DNA from: Octopus vulgaris
Taxonomy: Eukaryota
Length of the DNA stretch: 64,000 nt
NCBI GenBank assembly: GCA_951406725.2
Contig: OX597816.1
Span: forward strand, 52,452,001-52,516,000
Direction of reading: 5' to 3'
Part shown: one piece after another, positions 1 to 12,922 of the stretch
How positions within the stretch are numbered: the stretch's first letter is position 1
How the letters are laid out: the number at the start of each line of letters is the position of its first letter
Translations under genes and position numbers: made by a program
The notes under the pieces: generated by a model
What the model saw: only the letters and a program-made list of their open reading frames with translations
What the model was told of the DNA's origin: nothing
Databases searched by the model: none

Positions 1-33
<33 letters not shown>

Positions 34-141
34 AATACAAAATGGGACAAGAACGCAAAACATTCAGAAGACGATACAAAAAACATGGACGGGTCATTCG
101 AAGCCTTCAATCTTCAGTCAAGAACCGGATACACACATGTA

Positions 142-680
142 TCATCATTATCATCATCGTTTAACATCCGTTTTCCATGCTAGCATGGGTTGGACGGTTC
201 GACTGGGGTCTGGGAAGCCAGGAAGCTGCACCAGGCTCCAGTCTGATCTGGCAGTGTTTCTACAGCTGGATGCCCTTCCTAACATCAACCACTCCGTGAG
301 TGTAGTGGGTGCTTTTTACGTGCAACCGGTACAGGTATCACAACTACAATTTCCATTTGATTTTTTGATGTTGCTGTACTTGACTCAATAGTTTTCCTCA
401 AGCACAGCAGGTCACCGTATGTTCCAAGGTAAGCACAGCAGGCCTTCCTGCAATCCATGGTACTTTGGATGGGCTGGGGCTGCTATGTGAAGCTGGTGCA
501 GGAAACAGCCATGAACTCATGTTATTTGTTGGATCTTCGCAGTCACAGCATATCTCCAGAGGACTGGGTCTTTCGTCATTGCCTCTGTGAGACCCAACGT
601 TCGAAGGTCATGCTTGACCACCTCATCCCATATCTTCCTGTGTCTACCTCTACCCCGGATTCTTTCCACTGGGTATACCA
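142..680 (-). mobile_element. RTE-clade LINE 3' end (ORF end plus 3' UTR, defining repeat family B)
   Basis: Minus strand reads RGRHRKIWDEVVKHDLRTLGLTEAMTKD, then a UTR containing ggaagggcatccagctgtagaaac and a (GAT)n tail. Confidence 0.75.
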
Positions 681-703
681 CATGTATATATATATATATA
701 TAT

Positions 704-901
704 AACGGGAAAGTTTACAAAAATTAACAAAAGACGAAGGCAGGTGGAGTACAAACAAACAAATGTATTAGTATAGCGCTCAGGAATAGAAATAGAAAAA
801 GTCTTTTATGTTTCAAGCCTGCGCTTTTCGACAGAAAGATACACAGAAAGAAACAAGGAGAGAAAAAAATGCATGTAAGAGCTAACGATCTATCATAGCA
901 T

Positions 902-903
<2 letters not shown>
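704..903 (-). mobile_element. Penelope-like terminal repeat, family P copy A
   Basis: Homologous to 46541-46752 and 52170-52360, flanked by (TA)n, with a minimal hammerhead-like motif at 802-839. Confidence 0.65.
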
Positions 904-952
<49 letters not shown>

Positions 953-2572
953 GCTCTTTTCTTATGGAAGATATTTCTCTGCTAGTCTTCAAACATGAGT
1001 AACACATACAAATGACACCATTTGTATGACTGATTTTCTGTTCAAAATGGTGTCAAAACAAGGAAATGTAAACCCACCCACACATGTCCATGTATGTATG
1101 TGTCTCTCTTTGTTATATGTGTATGTGTGTATATTTTTTGCTTATATGAAATAATGGATGCAAACAGCAATGAAAAAGAATTTTTAAAATTTTAACTATC
1201 AGAAATTCAGTGAATAACTGTTAGGCCCATAGAACATATGTAACCATCAACACTTCTCTTCACCAATTGCAATATATAAAAAATAAATATATAAATAATT
1301 TGATAACTAAATAAACTGGCAGAATTACTAAAAGTTAAGGACATGAGCTATTGTTTAACAAAATAATAAACAGCTAGTATTTATGTATGAAGAAGAAACA
1401 AGTCAATGAAAACTGAGTAGACAGCCAGTGGTACAAAAAAATATGCACCAAAAAGAAACTAGCAAAACAGTTGATATTATGCTGGTTAAATTAGAGAGAT
1501 GGATGAAGTGATATTGGTATGTGATGAGAATTCATTTTGAGAATAGCAGAAACAGTGTTCTTAGCAAATCACAGCTGACAGTAGCCAGAATCAAAGTGGA
1601 TCAATATACATAAGTGTGTGATGAGAATTGATGAGAAAGTGGTACAGGTTAAGAAAATTAATCAGCCAAGTTAAAGTTAAATAAAAAGAAAAAAATGAAG
1701 ATGGGACTATTTCTTACTAGGCTGCAAAATGAACAATCCATATGACAACAATAATTCAGCAATAGAGATAATTTTCTTTTGAACTGAAGAAAGGAAAGCT
1801 ATTGGAATCTGTGGTCAAGAATATCACAACTGCTGTAATGGAGAATTTTATCGGAACTGGTTGTAATGTAATGCAACTGATGATTGGTAAAAACAAAACT
1901 CAGCATAGCAACTGGAAATAAGAGTAAGAAAACAATATAATTCTAAATTCAGTTTTCACAACATGGCTTGATTGAATAAAATAACCCTATGATTCTGTTA
2001 AAAGAATTTCTTTATCTGTGCCCCAACCCACTAAATAAAAAAGTGGAAACTAATTATATCTATAAAATGAATTTAAAAAAAAAAGAAATGAAATATATAT
2101 GCATCTGACAAAGTCATTATAAAAATAATTAGCTCACACACACACACACATACACTCGCAATATATATATACATATAAGTAAATTCTCAACTATATTACA
2201 TTTATCTTTAGAAAGAGATTCTTAAATCCAATTTCATTTTTGAGAGAGTTTTGAAACAATGAACAAAAATAAAATAAAATAAAATAAAATAGAAATAATG
2301 AAAAACTGTTGTAGATAATTTTCTATTTCCTAAAAGAAGTCTGAGACAAAAACATGAAATGCAAATCGATGACTATCTAAAATTAAAGAAAGAAAGAGAA
2401 TTGGACAGATTAGCAAAATGTTAGTGACAAGTGAAGGAAAAAGTAAATTCTTTTTCTCTTAAAGTTAAATGAATAATAATGCAGGAGCTTAAAATGTAGC
2501 TAAAAGTATTAAAAGACTGCAAACTAGATAAACAAATATTTACGTATTTCACTAAACAAAGATTCAAGCAAA

Positions 2573-2958
2573 TCTCTCTATATATAAAGTTGTCTGTGTA
2601 TGGCAGCTTTGGTAGCCTTCAACTAACACTATCTCCTCCGAGACCCTGCAGCACAAGTTGACCAAAATTGAGAGTATGATAGAAGAAGGCTTGCTCTCCC
2701 TTCCGTAGAAGAAAAAATTCAAATCGGATCATGTTAAAACCAAAAATTATTTACATCAAAAAGGTGCATTTTTTCTCTGAAAATCCCTATTTTTTACGAT
2801 TCTTTGACTACTGTGTGACCATTTTTCGATGTATTTCAACCAGAAAAATGTTCACTTAATGAAAATAACAAGCTACATAATTCAAAATTTTTACTTTTCA
2901 AAAATTCCAATTCTGTAGGGTTGAAACAAACCCGAGCAATGCCAGGAGATACTGCTAG
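2573..2958 (+). mobile_element. Non-autonomous Helitron
   Basis: Starts A|TCTCTCTATATATAAA, has a subterminal GC hairpin remnant and ends CTAG|T. Homologous to 44100-44494. Confidence 0.8.
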
Positions 2959-3559
2959 TAATTTTAAATACTTAAAGACTTCTATTTCAAAATCTCCATG
3001 GATATTTTTAGTTAGTCTTCTATATCTGGGATTCACTCATAAGGTAGTTTCTACATTCAATCTGATTGAAATATCTGACAAACATCCTTCTAATTACAAA
3101 AACACATGAGCACGTCTACTTCTGCCATAAATAAGAAAAAACACATTTGGAAATGTTGTCCAAGATATGCTTCATAAAAAAAGACATTTGGAATGAACAT
3201 GACTGGAATATCTTTCATAGTAGATCTGTTTATCAGTGTTGATCTACCCTTGAATAGCAAAAGCAACATGGTTGATACATTGGACAATGCTATAGTCCTT
3301 GATGTGCAAAAAAGAAAAAAAAACAGCATGTTATAGCTGGAATGTATTTGATCATAACTCTAGTTGCTCAAAGTATTCTGATATTTATTTCTTGTAGCTG
3401 CTTCCATATTTTGCAAAAAGAATAAAAAGAAAATTTTTTCCTCAAAAATCATAATGATGTTGCTCTCGTTATTCTGGATCATCAATATCACTTCCTGTAT
3501 TTCTATATTTACTTAAGAGTCAACAGATGTTTGATTAGCTCATTTGTATTTTCTTCCTC

Positions 3560-3678
3560 ATTTACGCCCATATCACTTTGAAAACACCGGTTCTCGTCTG
3601 ATCACCAAAGTTAAGCAAAGTCGAGCCTAGTTAGTACTTAGATGGGTGACTGCTTGGGAAACCTAGGTGCTGCAAACG
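3560..3678 (+). pseudogene. 5S rRNA copy, probably a pseudogene
   Basis: 119 nt colinear with metazoan 5S rRNA, with box A (agttaagc) and box C (gatgggtgactgc). Terminal helix I has three mismatches, the copy is solitary and the T-run terminator is weak. Confidence 0.85.
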
Positions 3679-3691
3679 TCTTTCTATCCAT

Positions 3692-3993
3692 TGTGGAGGC
3701 ACATGGCCTAGTGGTTAGAGCAGCGGACTCATGGTCAAGGGATTATGGGTTTAAATCTCAGACCTGGTGATGTGTGTTTATGAGCAAAACACCTAAGCTC
3801 CATGCGGCTCCGGCAGAAGGTAATGGTGAACTTCTGCTGACTCTTTCGCCACACCTTTCTCTCACTCTTTACTCCTGCATCTTGCAGCTCACATGTGATG
3901 GAACGGCATCCTGTCCAGGTGGGGAACCTATATGCCGAGGCAATTGGGAAACCAGCCCTTATGAGCCAGGCATGGTTTGAGAAGGAACAAACA
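3692..3993 (+). mobile_element. tRNA(Arg)-derived SINE (family R)
   Basis: A box tggcctagtggttag and a B-box-like motif. Head and body are shared with the copies at 33163, 37680 and 49236. Confidence 0.8.
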
Positions 3994-4477
3994 TTTTCTC
4001 CGTCATTTATCAGTAATAGCATGGATGTTTAAGTACCATACAGAGTACTGGATAACTAAAGGGCACTCCTTAGTTCAAAACATTTCAATAGTGTTGCACT
4101 ATGTCTATGAAAAAAACACTTAACTCCCAACAACTGAGACCACCTACTTCAAAAGAGATACCATGGAAAGTATATGTAGTCGATTTGCTCGACTAAAGGT
4201 GGTGCTCCAGCATGGCCACAATCAAATGACTGAAACAAGTAAAAGGGTATTTATTGGAAAGGTAACTCATGAAATATTTACTCAACTATAATCTTCTCTA
4301 CATTTACCAAATCTTCTCTATATTTAATATATAGTGGCCACCTTACATAACACCTCTGCTTTTGTTATACAGAAGTCTCAATGTGCATGATGTCCAGAAA
4401 TTTTGCATGTGAAGATCTATTATGTAGTAAACATACATATTTTTTAGCTGTTAGTAATATGATAACAAAAACAGTTC

Positions 4478-4691
4478 TCTTTTATCTCTTTTCCTTGTTT
4501 CGGTCATTTGACTGTGGCCATGCTGGAGCACCACCTTTAGTCACGCAAATCGACCCCAGGACTTATTCTTTGTAAGCCTAGTACTTATTCTATCGGTCTC
4601 TTTTTGTCAAACCGCCAAGTTACGGGGACGTAAACACACCACCATCAGTTGTCAAGCGATTTTGGGGGGACAAACACAGACACACAAACAT

Positions 4692-4724
<33 letters not shown>

Positions 4725-4890
4725 CATTGATACAATGGGCTTCTTTCAGTTTCCGTTTACCAAATCCACTCACAAGGCTGGTCGGCCCGAGGCTATAGTA
4801 GAAGACACTTGCCCAAGGTGCCACGCAGTGGGACTGAACCCGGAACCATGTGGTTGATAAGCAAGCTACTTCCACACAGCCACTCCTGTG
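4478..4890 (-). mobile_element. tRNA-derived SINE family A (~410 bp, internal TA/TG microsatellite)
   Basis: Head ggagtggctgtgtgg..ggttcagtccc (A/B boxes) and (gagtaaaa)n tail. More than 15 copies in the window. Confidence 0.85.
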
Positions 4891-5305
4891 ATAAATAAAT
4901 TGTAAAATTGGAGGAATGCAAGTGTGCTTCATGGGCTTCCATTTAACTTTTTTACATTCTGAATTCAAATATCACAGGAGTGTATGTTTTCACTCATCAC
5001 TCAGATCACAATTAAATAAACATCAGTCATTGTGATTGATTCAGTTAAATAAGCTTTAGTCAGTTAGGAAAGTCATATACTGTGATTGACTGATTTCATT
5101 ATAAATGGAGTCAACTAAATGAGCATTAGTCATGTACTATTGTTGATTTAATTGACTATAAGTATAGTCAATCAATTAACTAAGATTATCCACATATTGT
5201 AGTCAATATAATTGATTTTTAACTCTCTCTTACAAGATCATGGCCATGAAGCAATGCCAAATATTAAAACCAACAATGGCAACCACATTTTCTTAACCTT
5301 ATAAC

Positions 5306-5520
5306 CCTTTTACTCTTTTAGTTGTTTCAGTCATTTGACTGTGGCCATGCTGGAGCACTGCCTTTGGTCGAGCAAATCGACCCCAGGACTCATTCTTTGT
5401 AAGCCTAGTACTTATTCTATCAGTTCTCTTTTGCCGAACCACTAAGTTACGGGGACGTAAACAAACCAGCATCAGTTGTCAAGCAATGTTGAGGGGACAA
5501 ACACAGACACACAAACATAT

Positions 5521-5559
<39 letters not shown>

Positions 5560-5720
5560 CGACGTGCTTTCAGTTTCCGTCTACCAAATCCACTCACAAG
5601 GCTTTGGTCGGCCCAAGGCTATAGTAGAAGACACTTGCCCAAGGTGCTACGCAGTGGGACTAAACCCGGAACCATGTGGTTCATAAGCAGCTACTTACCA
5701 CACAGCCACTCCTACGCCTA
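5306..5720 (-). mobile_element. SINE family A
   Basis: Full-length colinear copy. Confidence 0.85.
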
Positions 5721-7045
5721 TAAATAAAAATTATTGGAATGAAATGTTTTTAGGGTGTGAGTCAAAATGACTTACAGCATTTAGTTGTATACCTTTTATT
5801 TTTGAGATAAAAATCCTAACATTGCCTTTCATCTTCCTAGTATTGAGAAAATAAATACCAGTTGAGTGCTAAAGTTGGTCTATTTCACTATGCTCATTCC
5901 ATAAATAAGTAGACTTGTGCCTAAGTTGAAAATCAACATTACAATCAATATTTTACACAGTCAGTCTTAATTCAGTTTTTATATTTAATCTTAACATGGA
6001 TTTTTGTTTTTTTTTTACATGTAATGCAGGTTTTCCTAATTCTAATCTTATATTCCTTACTTATTTGTTTTTTCTTTCCATTTTGATTCCTTTCAAGTAT
6101 TTCAATGTTCATGTCATTTTTTTTTTTTGTAATTCTATATTCAATAATCTGTCAAATTTGACAATTAACATTTTATACCTGTCAAAAGAAATGACTGGAC
6201 AAGCATTAGGTAAGACTGACAAATAAAAAAAGAATGTTACAGTGATTTTGGTAAATTTTTTATATTTCGAAAATCAACATTTGTCTTCAGTTTCATTGTC
6301 AGAATGTTCTGCTTATTCCTCTACAGACACTTTAAGGGGAAATAGCTGACAAAGAACTTAATATTGTAACATGTCATGTGTCTGATACTGAAGCAATTTT
6401 CTATTTGTTGAACAAATTTCCAATTTAAAGAGAAATTTTGTACAGATTTAGCTATTCCTCTATTGAAATGGAGAATAAAGTTTATGATTCAATTAAATTG
6501 ATGGAGAAATTACACAATTATATGGAAAGTGAAAGTACCCCCCCTCTCATACTAACACCACTGTGAACATATGTTATATTATAAAAATATGCTATACTAT
6601 TCTATATAAATGCTGATCTTCTTTCTGGAGAGAAGAGAAAATTGATCTGAGAAATTCACATAAAATTTATATTGTATTTTCCAAATTTAATACACTGATA
6701 CCTCAAAACAAAGGCTAGACAGGAATTATGGAAGAATAAATTTGGCATAACATTACTGTGATATATAGTGATGATAATTTTTTTATTAGTCACAGGGGTC
6801 TGAATATACTTATCTATCATACTAAAGAATTAAAATACATATGGGGTTGTATACACAAAAAACTCACTTTGCAACCATGTGGTTTCAGGTTTAGTCCCAC
6901 TGTGCAGCACCTTGGGCAGGTGTCTTCTACTATATAGCCACAAGCTGACCAATGCCATGTAAATAAATCTAGTAGACAGAAATTATGTTGAAGCTCAGTG
7001 AGTTAGTGTGTGTGTGTGTGTATACATACATACATATATATATAT

Positions 7046-7263
7046 ACTCTTTACTCTTTGACTTGTTTCAGTCATTTGACTGTGGCCATACTGAAGCACC
7101 GGCTTTAGTCGAGTAAATCGACCCTAGGACTTATTCTTTGTAAGCCTAGTACTTATTCTATCAGTCTCTTTTGCCAAAATGCTAAGTTAAGGGGACGTAA
7201 ACACACCAGCATCGGTTGTCAAGTGATGTTGGGGGTACAAACACAGACACACAAATGCGCATG

Positions 7264-7290
<27 letters not shown>
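7046..7290 (-). mobile_element. SINE family A, 3' half
   Basis: Family A homology. Confidence 0.8.
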
Positions 7291-7294
<4 letters not shown>

Positions 7295-7740
7295 CATCAT
7301 CATCATCATTCATTGCTTTAATGTTCAGTTTTCCATGCTTGCTTGGGTCACATGGAGTTTATTGAGGCAGATTTTCTATGGAGGGATGCCCTTCTTGTTG
7401 CCAACGCTCACCTGTTTCTAATCACAGCAATATTTCTCTCTATGAGACATGTTCTTGCAGAAATTTGGAAACGAATGGCACTACCTCTATCACAGTAACA
7501 ATCATTTTACAATTATCACTCAATGTCAAGACAAAGTCACACAAACACAACACAACACACACATATATACACACACACATAGTGGGCTTGTTTAAATTTC
7601 TGTTTACCAAATGCACTGAGAAGGGTTTGATCAACTCTGAGTTACTGTAGAAAGCACTAGCCCACAGTGCCATATACGGGGATTGAACCAGAACCATATG
7701 GTTGTAAAGCAAACTTCTTACCCAACAACTTCACCTGCAT
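7295..7740 (-). mobile_element. SINE with family A head and alternative (GAT)n tail (family D)
   Basis: Homologous to 16990-17460 and 40860-41255. Confidence 0.65.
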
Positions 7741-8065
7741 GTGTGTGTGTGTGTGTGTGTATTTGTGTTTGTCTCACCCTCCACTTGACAATCAATGCTG
7801 GTTTGTTTATATCCCTTAACTTAGCAGTTATACAAAGGAGACCAATATAATACATACCAGACTTTAAAAAAATAAGTACTGGTGTCGATTTGTTTGACTA
7901 AGCTCCTTAAGGTGGTTAGAGAGCATTTTTTGTTTTCCAAACGGTAATACAATAATCTCTTCACTACCACAGGTGTTACATTCCCAAACCCCACCGTGTG
8001 GTGAAAATCTGTGAAGTAGAAACAGTACTGTATTGTATTTTTTTTCTTATTTTGTAATATAATCT

Positions 8066-8479
8066 CTTTATTCTTTACTCTTTTACTTGTTTCAGTCACT
8101 TGACTGTGGCCATGCTGGAGCACCGTCTTTAGTCGAGCAAATCAACCCCAGGACTTATTCTTTGTAAGCCTAGTACTTATTGTATCAGTCTACTTTGCTG
8201 AAGCGCTAAGTTATGGGGACATAAACACAACAGCATCGGTTGTCAAGCAATGTTGGGGGGAGACAAACACAGACTCACAAGCACACACACACACATATAT
8301 ACATATACATATATACGACGGGCTTCTTTCAGTTTCCATCTATCAACTCCACTCACAAGGCTTTGGTTGGCCGAGGCTATAGTAGAAGACACTTGCCCAA
8401 GGTGCCACGCAGTGGAACTGAACCCGGAACCATGTGGTTCATAAGCAAGCTATTTACCACACAGCCACTCCTATGCCTA
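8066..8479 (-). mobile_element. SINE family A
   Basis: Full-length colinear copy. Confidence 0.85.
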
Positions 8480-8503
8480 TGCACACACACACACACACAC
8501 ACA

Positions 8504-8897
8504 TAAAAGCTCCAACCGATCGTGGCCGATGCCGCGATCGGTTGTAGCTTTTAACGTGCCAGCGGCACGGAAGCCAGCCAAGGCGGCACTGGCAATGGCC
8601 ACATTCAAAAGCACCATCCAAACATGGCCGTTGCCAGCGCCGCCTTGGCTGGCTTCCGTGTCGCTGGCACGTTAAAAGCTCCAACCGATCATGGCCAATG
8701 CCAGACCCCCCCTGGCACCTGTGCAGGTGGCACGTAAAAAGCACCCACTACACTCGCGGAGTGGTTGGCGTTAGGAAGGGCATCCAGCCGTAGAAACTCT
8801 ACCAGATCAGACTGGAGCAGCCCCTGGCTCCCCAGGCCCCGGTCGAACTGTCCAACCCGTGCTAGCGCGGAAAACGGACGTTAAACGATGATGATGA
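8504..8897 (+). mobile_element. Family B (RTE 3' end) with internal inversion
   Basis: Shared family B tail and (GAT)n, with a 66-bp inverted repeat in the 5' part. Confidence 0.8.
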
Positions 8898-9232
8898 TAT
8901 ATATATATATATTTTATTATAAATGCAAAACAACACCACAGAGGAATTGATGTAAGCTTAAATAATAAACTGTGATAGGTGAACTATGATATGGCAAGGG
9001 ATTACGGTATGTTACTTTTGTGTTTGTTGTTTCTTAAGTGAATTCCTTCAGCAAAGAGGCACTCACATTTGTAACATACTTCTTCTATACATTTTCATTT
9101 TACCTTGAGCTAATATATCTGTCACTATTTCTTTCTTGTAGTGCTGGCAAAAGAGGAGTTATCATTAAAGTAATAGTTAGTGGCGGTGGTGTTTGTGGTA
9201 CACTTGCTCTTGTCATTTGACCATTTAGTAAA

Positions 9233-9490
9233 CAGGTGCCGGTGGCACATAAAAAGCACCAACCGATCGTGGCCGATGCCAGACCCCTCTGGCACCTGTG
9301 CAGGTGGCACGTAAAAAGCACCCAATACACTCGCGGAGTGGTTGGCGTTAGGAAGGGCATCCAGCTGTAGAAACACTGCCAGATCAGACTGGAGCCTGGA
9401 GCAGCTCCTGGCTCCCCAGACCCCGGTCAAACCGTCCAACCCGTGCTAGCGCGGAAAACGGACGTTAAACGATGATGATGATGATGATGA
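9233..9490 (+). mobile_element. Family B (RTE 3' end)
   Basis: Nearly identical to the 3' part of 8504-8897, with a (GAT)n tail. Confidence 0.8.
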
Positions 9491-9669
9491 TTACTGTTAA
9501 TTTTGATGCGTATATATGTACATTGTTTCGAATTTATCATGTATTGTCTCATAGCTTCAAGATTTCTATAATGTGATTGCTTAGTTATAGAATGACACTG
9601 TAGAGTTAGTGTGAGAGACTGGACGTGGCCAATTTCGTTATAAAACAAGTAGAATACTTTGGCCAGATA

Positions 9670-10073
9670 TACTCTCTTTACTCTTATACTCGTTTCAGTC
9701 ATTTGGCTGTGGCCATGCTGGAGCACCACCTTTAGTCGAGCAAATCGACCCCAGGACTTACTCTTTGCAAGGCTAGTACTTATTCTATCGGGGTTTTTTT
9801 GCCGAACTGCTAAGTTACAGGGACGTAAACACACCAGCATCGGTTGTCAAGCGATGTTGGGGGGGACAAACAAAGACACACAAACATACCACACACATAT
9901 ATATATATATATATAAACATGACGGTATTCTTTCCATGTACCAAATTCACTCACAAGGCTTTGGTTGGCCCATAGCTATAGTAGAAGACACTTGCCCAAA
10001 GTGCCACGCAGTGGGATTGAACCCAGAAACATTTTGGTTGGTAGGCAAGCTACTTACCACACAGCCACTCCTG
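9670..10073 (-). mobile_element. SINE family A
   Basis: Full-length colinear copy. Confidence 0.85.
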
Positions 10074-10349
10074 TCAGTTTAAATGCTAATGGGTTAAGTC
10101 TGTATATTTGCATTTTGTTTTCTTTCCTATTTCTCAAAATGTAACTATTTGTGTATATAACTGTGTTTAGTTGGGCAATTATTATTTTGTTACTTTTTCT
10201 TAAATCTGTCTTTATGCTTGCAAAACTTTAGGGAGAGTATATTCACTTCAACTATTATTGTGTCAAGAATCTCCTCTAGCTATCACTCTGTGATAGCTGG
10301 AAGCCACATTAAACCATGAGCAAACACAGCAAGACAAATTTTTGTGTAG

Positions 10350-10387
<38 letters not shown>

Positions 10388-10656
10388 AAAAAATGTCTGA
10401 AAATGGAACTTCTTTTCCAGACAAACAATGAAGGAGGAAATCAAAATATCCTGAAGCTCTTTGTTAATTAAAAAAGGGAAACAGAAGAAACTTTTTGCCA
10501 CTTTGTAATTCTAGAAGAATATCTTCTAAGCAGATCCCTTACAAAATTTCTGTGTCTATGAAAAGCAACAAGAATGATTATTATTAACGTGGTGGGGAGA
10601 AGAGTGGATTATATTAACCCTATTACTAGATTGGTGCTTTATTTTATTAAATATTA

Positions 10657-10978
10657 TAGGTGCAGGAGTGGCTGTGTGGTAAGTAGCTTGCTTACCAACC
10701 ACATAGTTCCGGGTTCAGTCCCACTGCATGGCACCTTGGGCAAGTGTCTTCTACTATAGCCTTGGGCCAACCAAAGCCTTGTAAATGGATTTGGTAGATG
10801 GAAACTGAAAGAAGCCCATCGTATATATATATAGATATGTGTGTGTGTGTGCGTGTCTGTGTTTGTCTCCCAACATCGCTTGACAACCAATGCTGGTGTG
10901 TTTACGTCCCCCATAACTTAGCAGTTTGGCAAAGAAGACCAATAGAATAAGTACTAGGCTTACAAAGAATAAGTCCTG
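10657..10978 (+). mobile_element. SINE family A, 3'-truncated
   Basis: Family A homology. Confidence 0.85.
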
Positions 10979-12366
10979 AAAATGCTGCTTCCAGAAAGTG
11001 CTAATATTCTGCATAAAACTCTTAATTTAAGTAAAGGAAAGGAAAGGAAAGCTTATTATGAAATCTATTCTATAATAGAAATGTTCTGGTAGTATATGTG
11101 AATTTTAAATGAGAGTCTAATTGTGATGATGATAAAGATTAAAATGATGATAATGATGACAATCATGATTTCCATGACAATAATTATGAAGTGTATTAAA
11201 ATCATGCAAAAGATTAAATGAAGATATTATCTGAAATGTGTACCAGATGGTAAATATTACACATTTTAAACATGTATAATTTATTGTACATAGACAAATT
11301 AAACAAATGACTTTTGTCTCCTCATGAGCATAAAAAGACAGATTAACTGAACATGTGTTGGTTTTAAATGTGTCTTGTTTAAAAGCCATGCACCCACTCC
11401 ATCAATCCATAGAGAGCATTATAGCTTATAATAATTAATAACTATAATATTATTATGACTTTGCTAACTTGGTTAGTCCAATTTGAGTATTAGTACTTTG
11501 TTAGCAATGTAGCCAATTAATTAATTAATTAATTAAGCACTAAACTGCACATTGCATTATGTGAAATGTGTAATATAATATATGCCGACAAATATAAGCA
11601 ATTTGCTTTTCTATCTCTCTCCATGGATAGAGAAAGAGAGATTATCCAGATTGGTTTCAACTCTATTGTAGTCTTCATCATTATCATTTAACATTCACTT
11701 TCCATGCTGACATGGGTTGGATGGTTTGATATGGAGCTGGCTAGCAGGGAGCTCTCCAGACTCCAGCTGCCTGTTGAGGCATGGTTTTTATAGCTAGATG
11801 GCTTTCCAAATGCCAACCACCAAACAGAGTGTGCTTGGTTTTTCCTTTTTACATGCCACTAGCTTGGATGCATTTATGCAACACTAGGATATGTGCATTA
11901 ACACAGCACCAACACCATGCCAACTAAGTAAATAATAATAAAGAAAATATTTTCTTACATTTGTTTACATGTAATAAATTACCTAATATCTAATTTTTTT
12001 TTGTTTTTCATGCTTAGCTTAGCTTAGCTTAGCCATCACAGACTAGTGAATATAACCTGGTTGCTTATACGATGTTTTGCAAATTGTTTAGGGTACCGAT
12101 GTAGCTGCAAGCAGACATTGGCACCTTCCCAGCCTTTCCAATCTTAATGGAAAATCAAGGATGTGGCAGATGGAAGGAAAGATAACTGCCCAACTGTACC
12201 AACATTTGGCAGCTGGTACCCATTTTCAGCAAACAAAGTAGACCAGTGAAATGTAGAACCCTACTCAAGAACACAACACATCACTCAGTCCCAGAATTGA
12301 ACTCATGATCTTATGATAGTGAACCAAATATTCTTATCACTAGGCCATTATATATACCTTAATATA

Positions 12367-12570
12367 TCATCATTTAACATCCGTTTTCCATGCTAGCATG
12401 GGTTGGATGGTTTGACTGGAGAGCCAATGGCTGCACCATGCTCCAATCTGATCACGCAATGTTTCTACAGCTGGATGCCCTTCCTAATGCCAACCCACTC
12501 TGAGATTGCAGTGGGTGCTTTTTACATGCCACCAGAACAGGAGCCAGTCAGGCAGGCCTGCATCATTCAC
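12367..12570 (-). mobile_element. Family B (RTE 3' end)
   Basis: Homology to other family B copies. Confidence 0.75.
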
Positions 12571-12584
12571 GTTCAGACACATAT

Positions 12585-12922
12585 ACTCTTTTACTTGTTT
12601 CAGTCATTTGACTGCGGCCATGCTGAAGCACTGCCTTTAGTCGAGGAAATCGACCCCAGGACTTATTCTTTGTAAGCCTAGTACTTATTCTATCAGTCTC
12701 TTTTGCTGAACTGCTAAGTTACACACTAGCATTGGTTGTCAAGTGATGTTGGCAGGGGACGAACACAGACACACAAACACACACATATATATACATATAT
12801 ACGACGGGCTTCTTTCAGTTTCTGTCTACCAAATCCACTCACAAGGCGCCATGCAGTGGAACTGAACCCAGAACCATATGGCTGGTAAGCAAGCTACTTA
12901 CCACACAGCCACTTCTGTGCCT
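12585..12922 (-). mobile_element. SINE family A with internal deletions
   Basis: Family A homology. Confidence 0.85.

Noticed and set aside
37-135. CTGAAGA on the minus strand in a TA-flanked repeat fragment
   Set aside because: No GAAA/stem III/UH arrangement follows; at most a truncated PLE-like end.
5020-5220. Cluster of agtca/tgact motifs with a 10-bp palindrome
   Set aside because: Very AT-rich, with no defined period or termini; cannot be separated from a decayed fold-back repeat or chance.
6179-6215. Possible 37-nt microexon (tttgtcag|...|gtataa) on the minus strand
   Set aside because: Weak donor, frameshifting length and no convincing FERM F3 similarity.
7915-8012. TVGFGNVTP on the minus strand resembles a K+ channel pore signature, after an AG acceptor
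   Set aside because: No pore helix or following transmembrane segment, no other channel exons, and the phase is incompatible with the FRMPD4-like frame.
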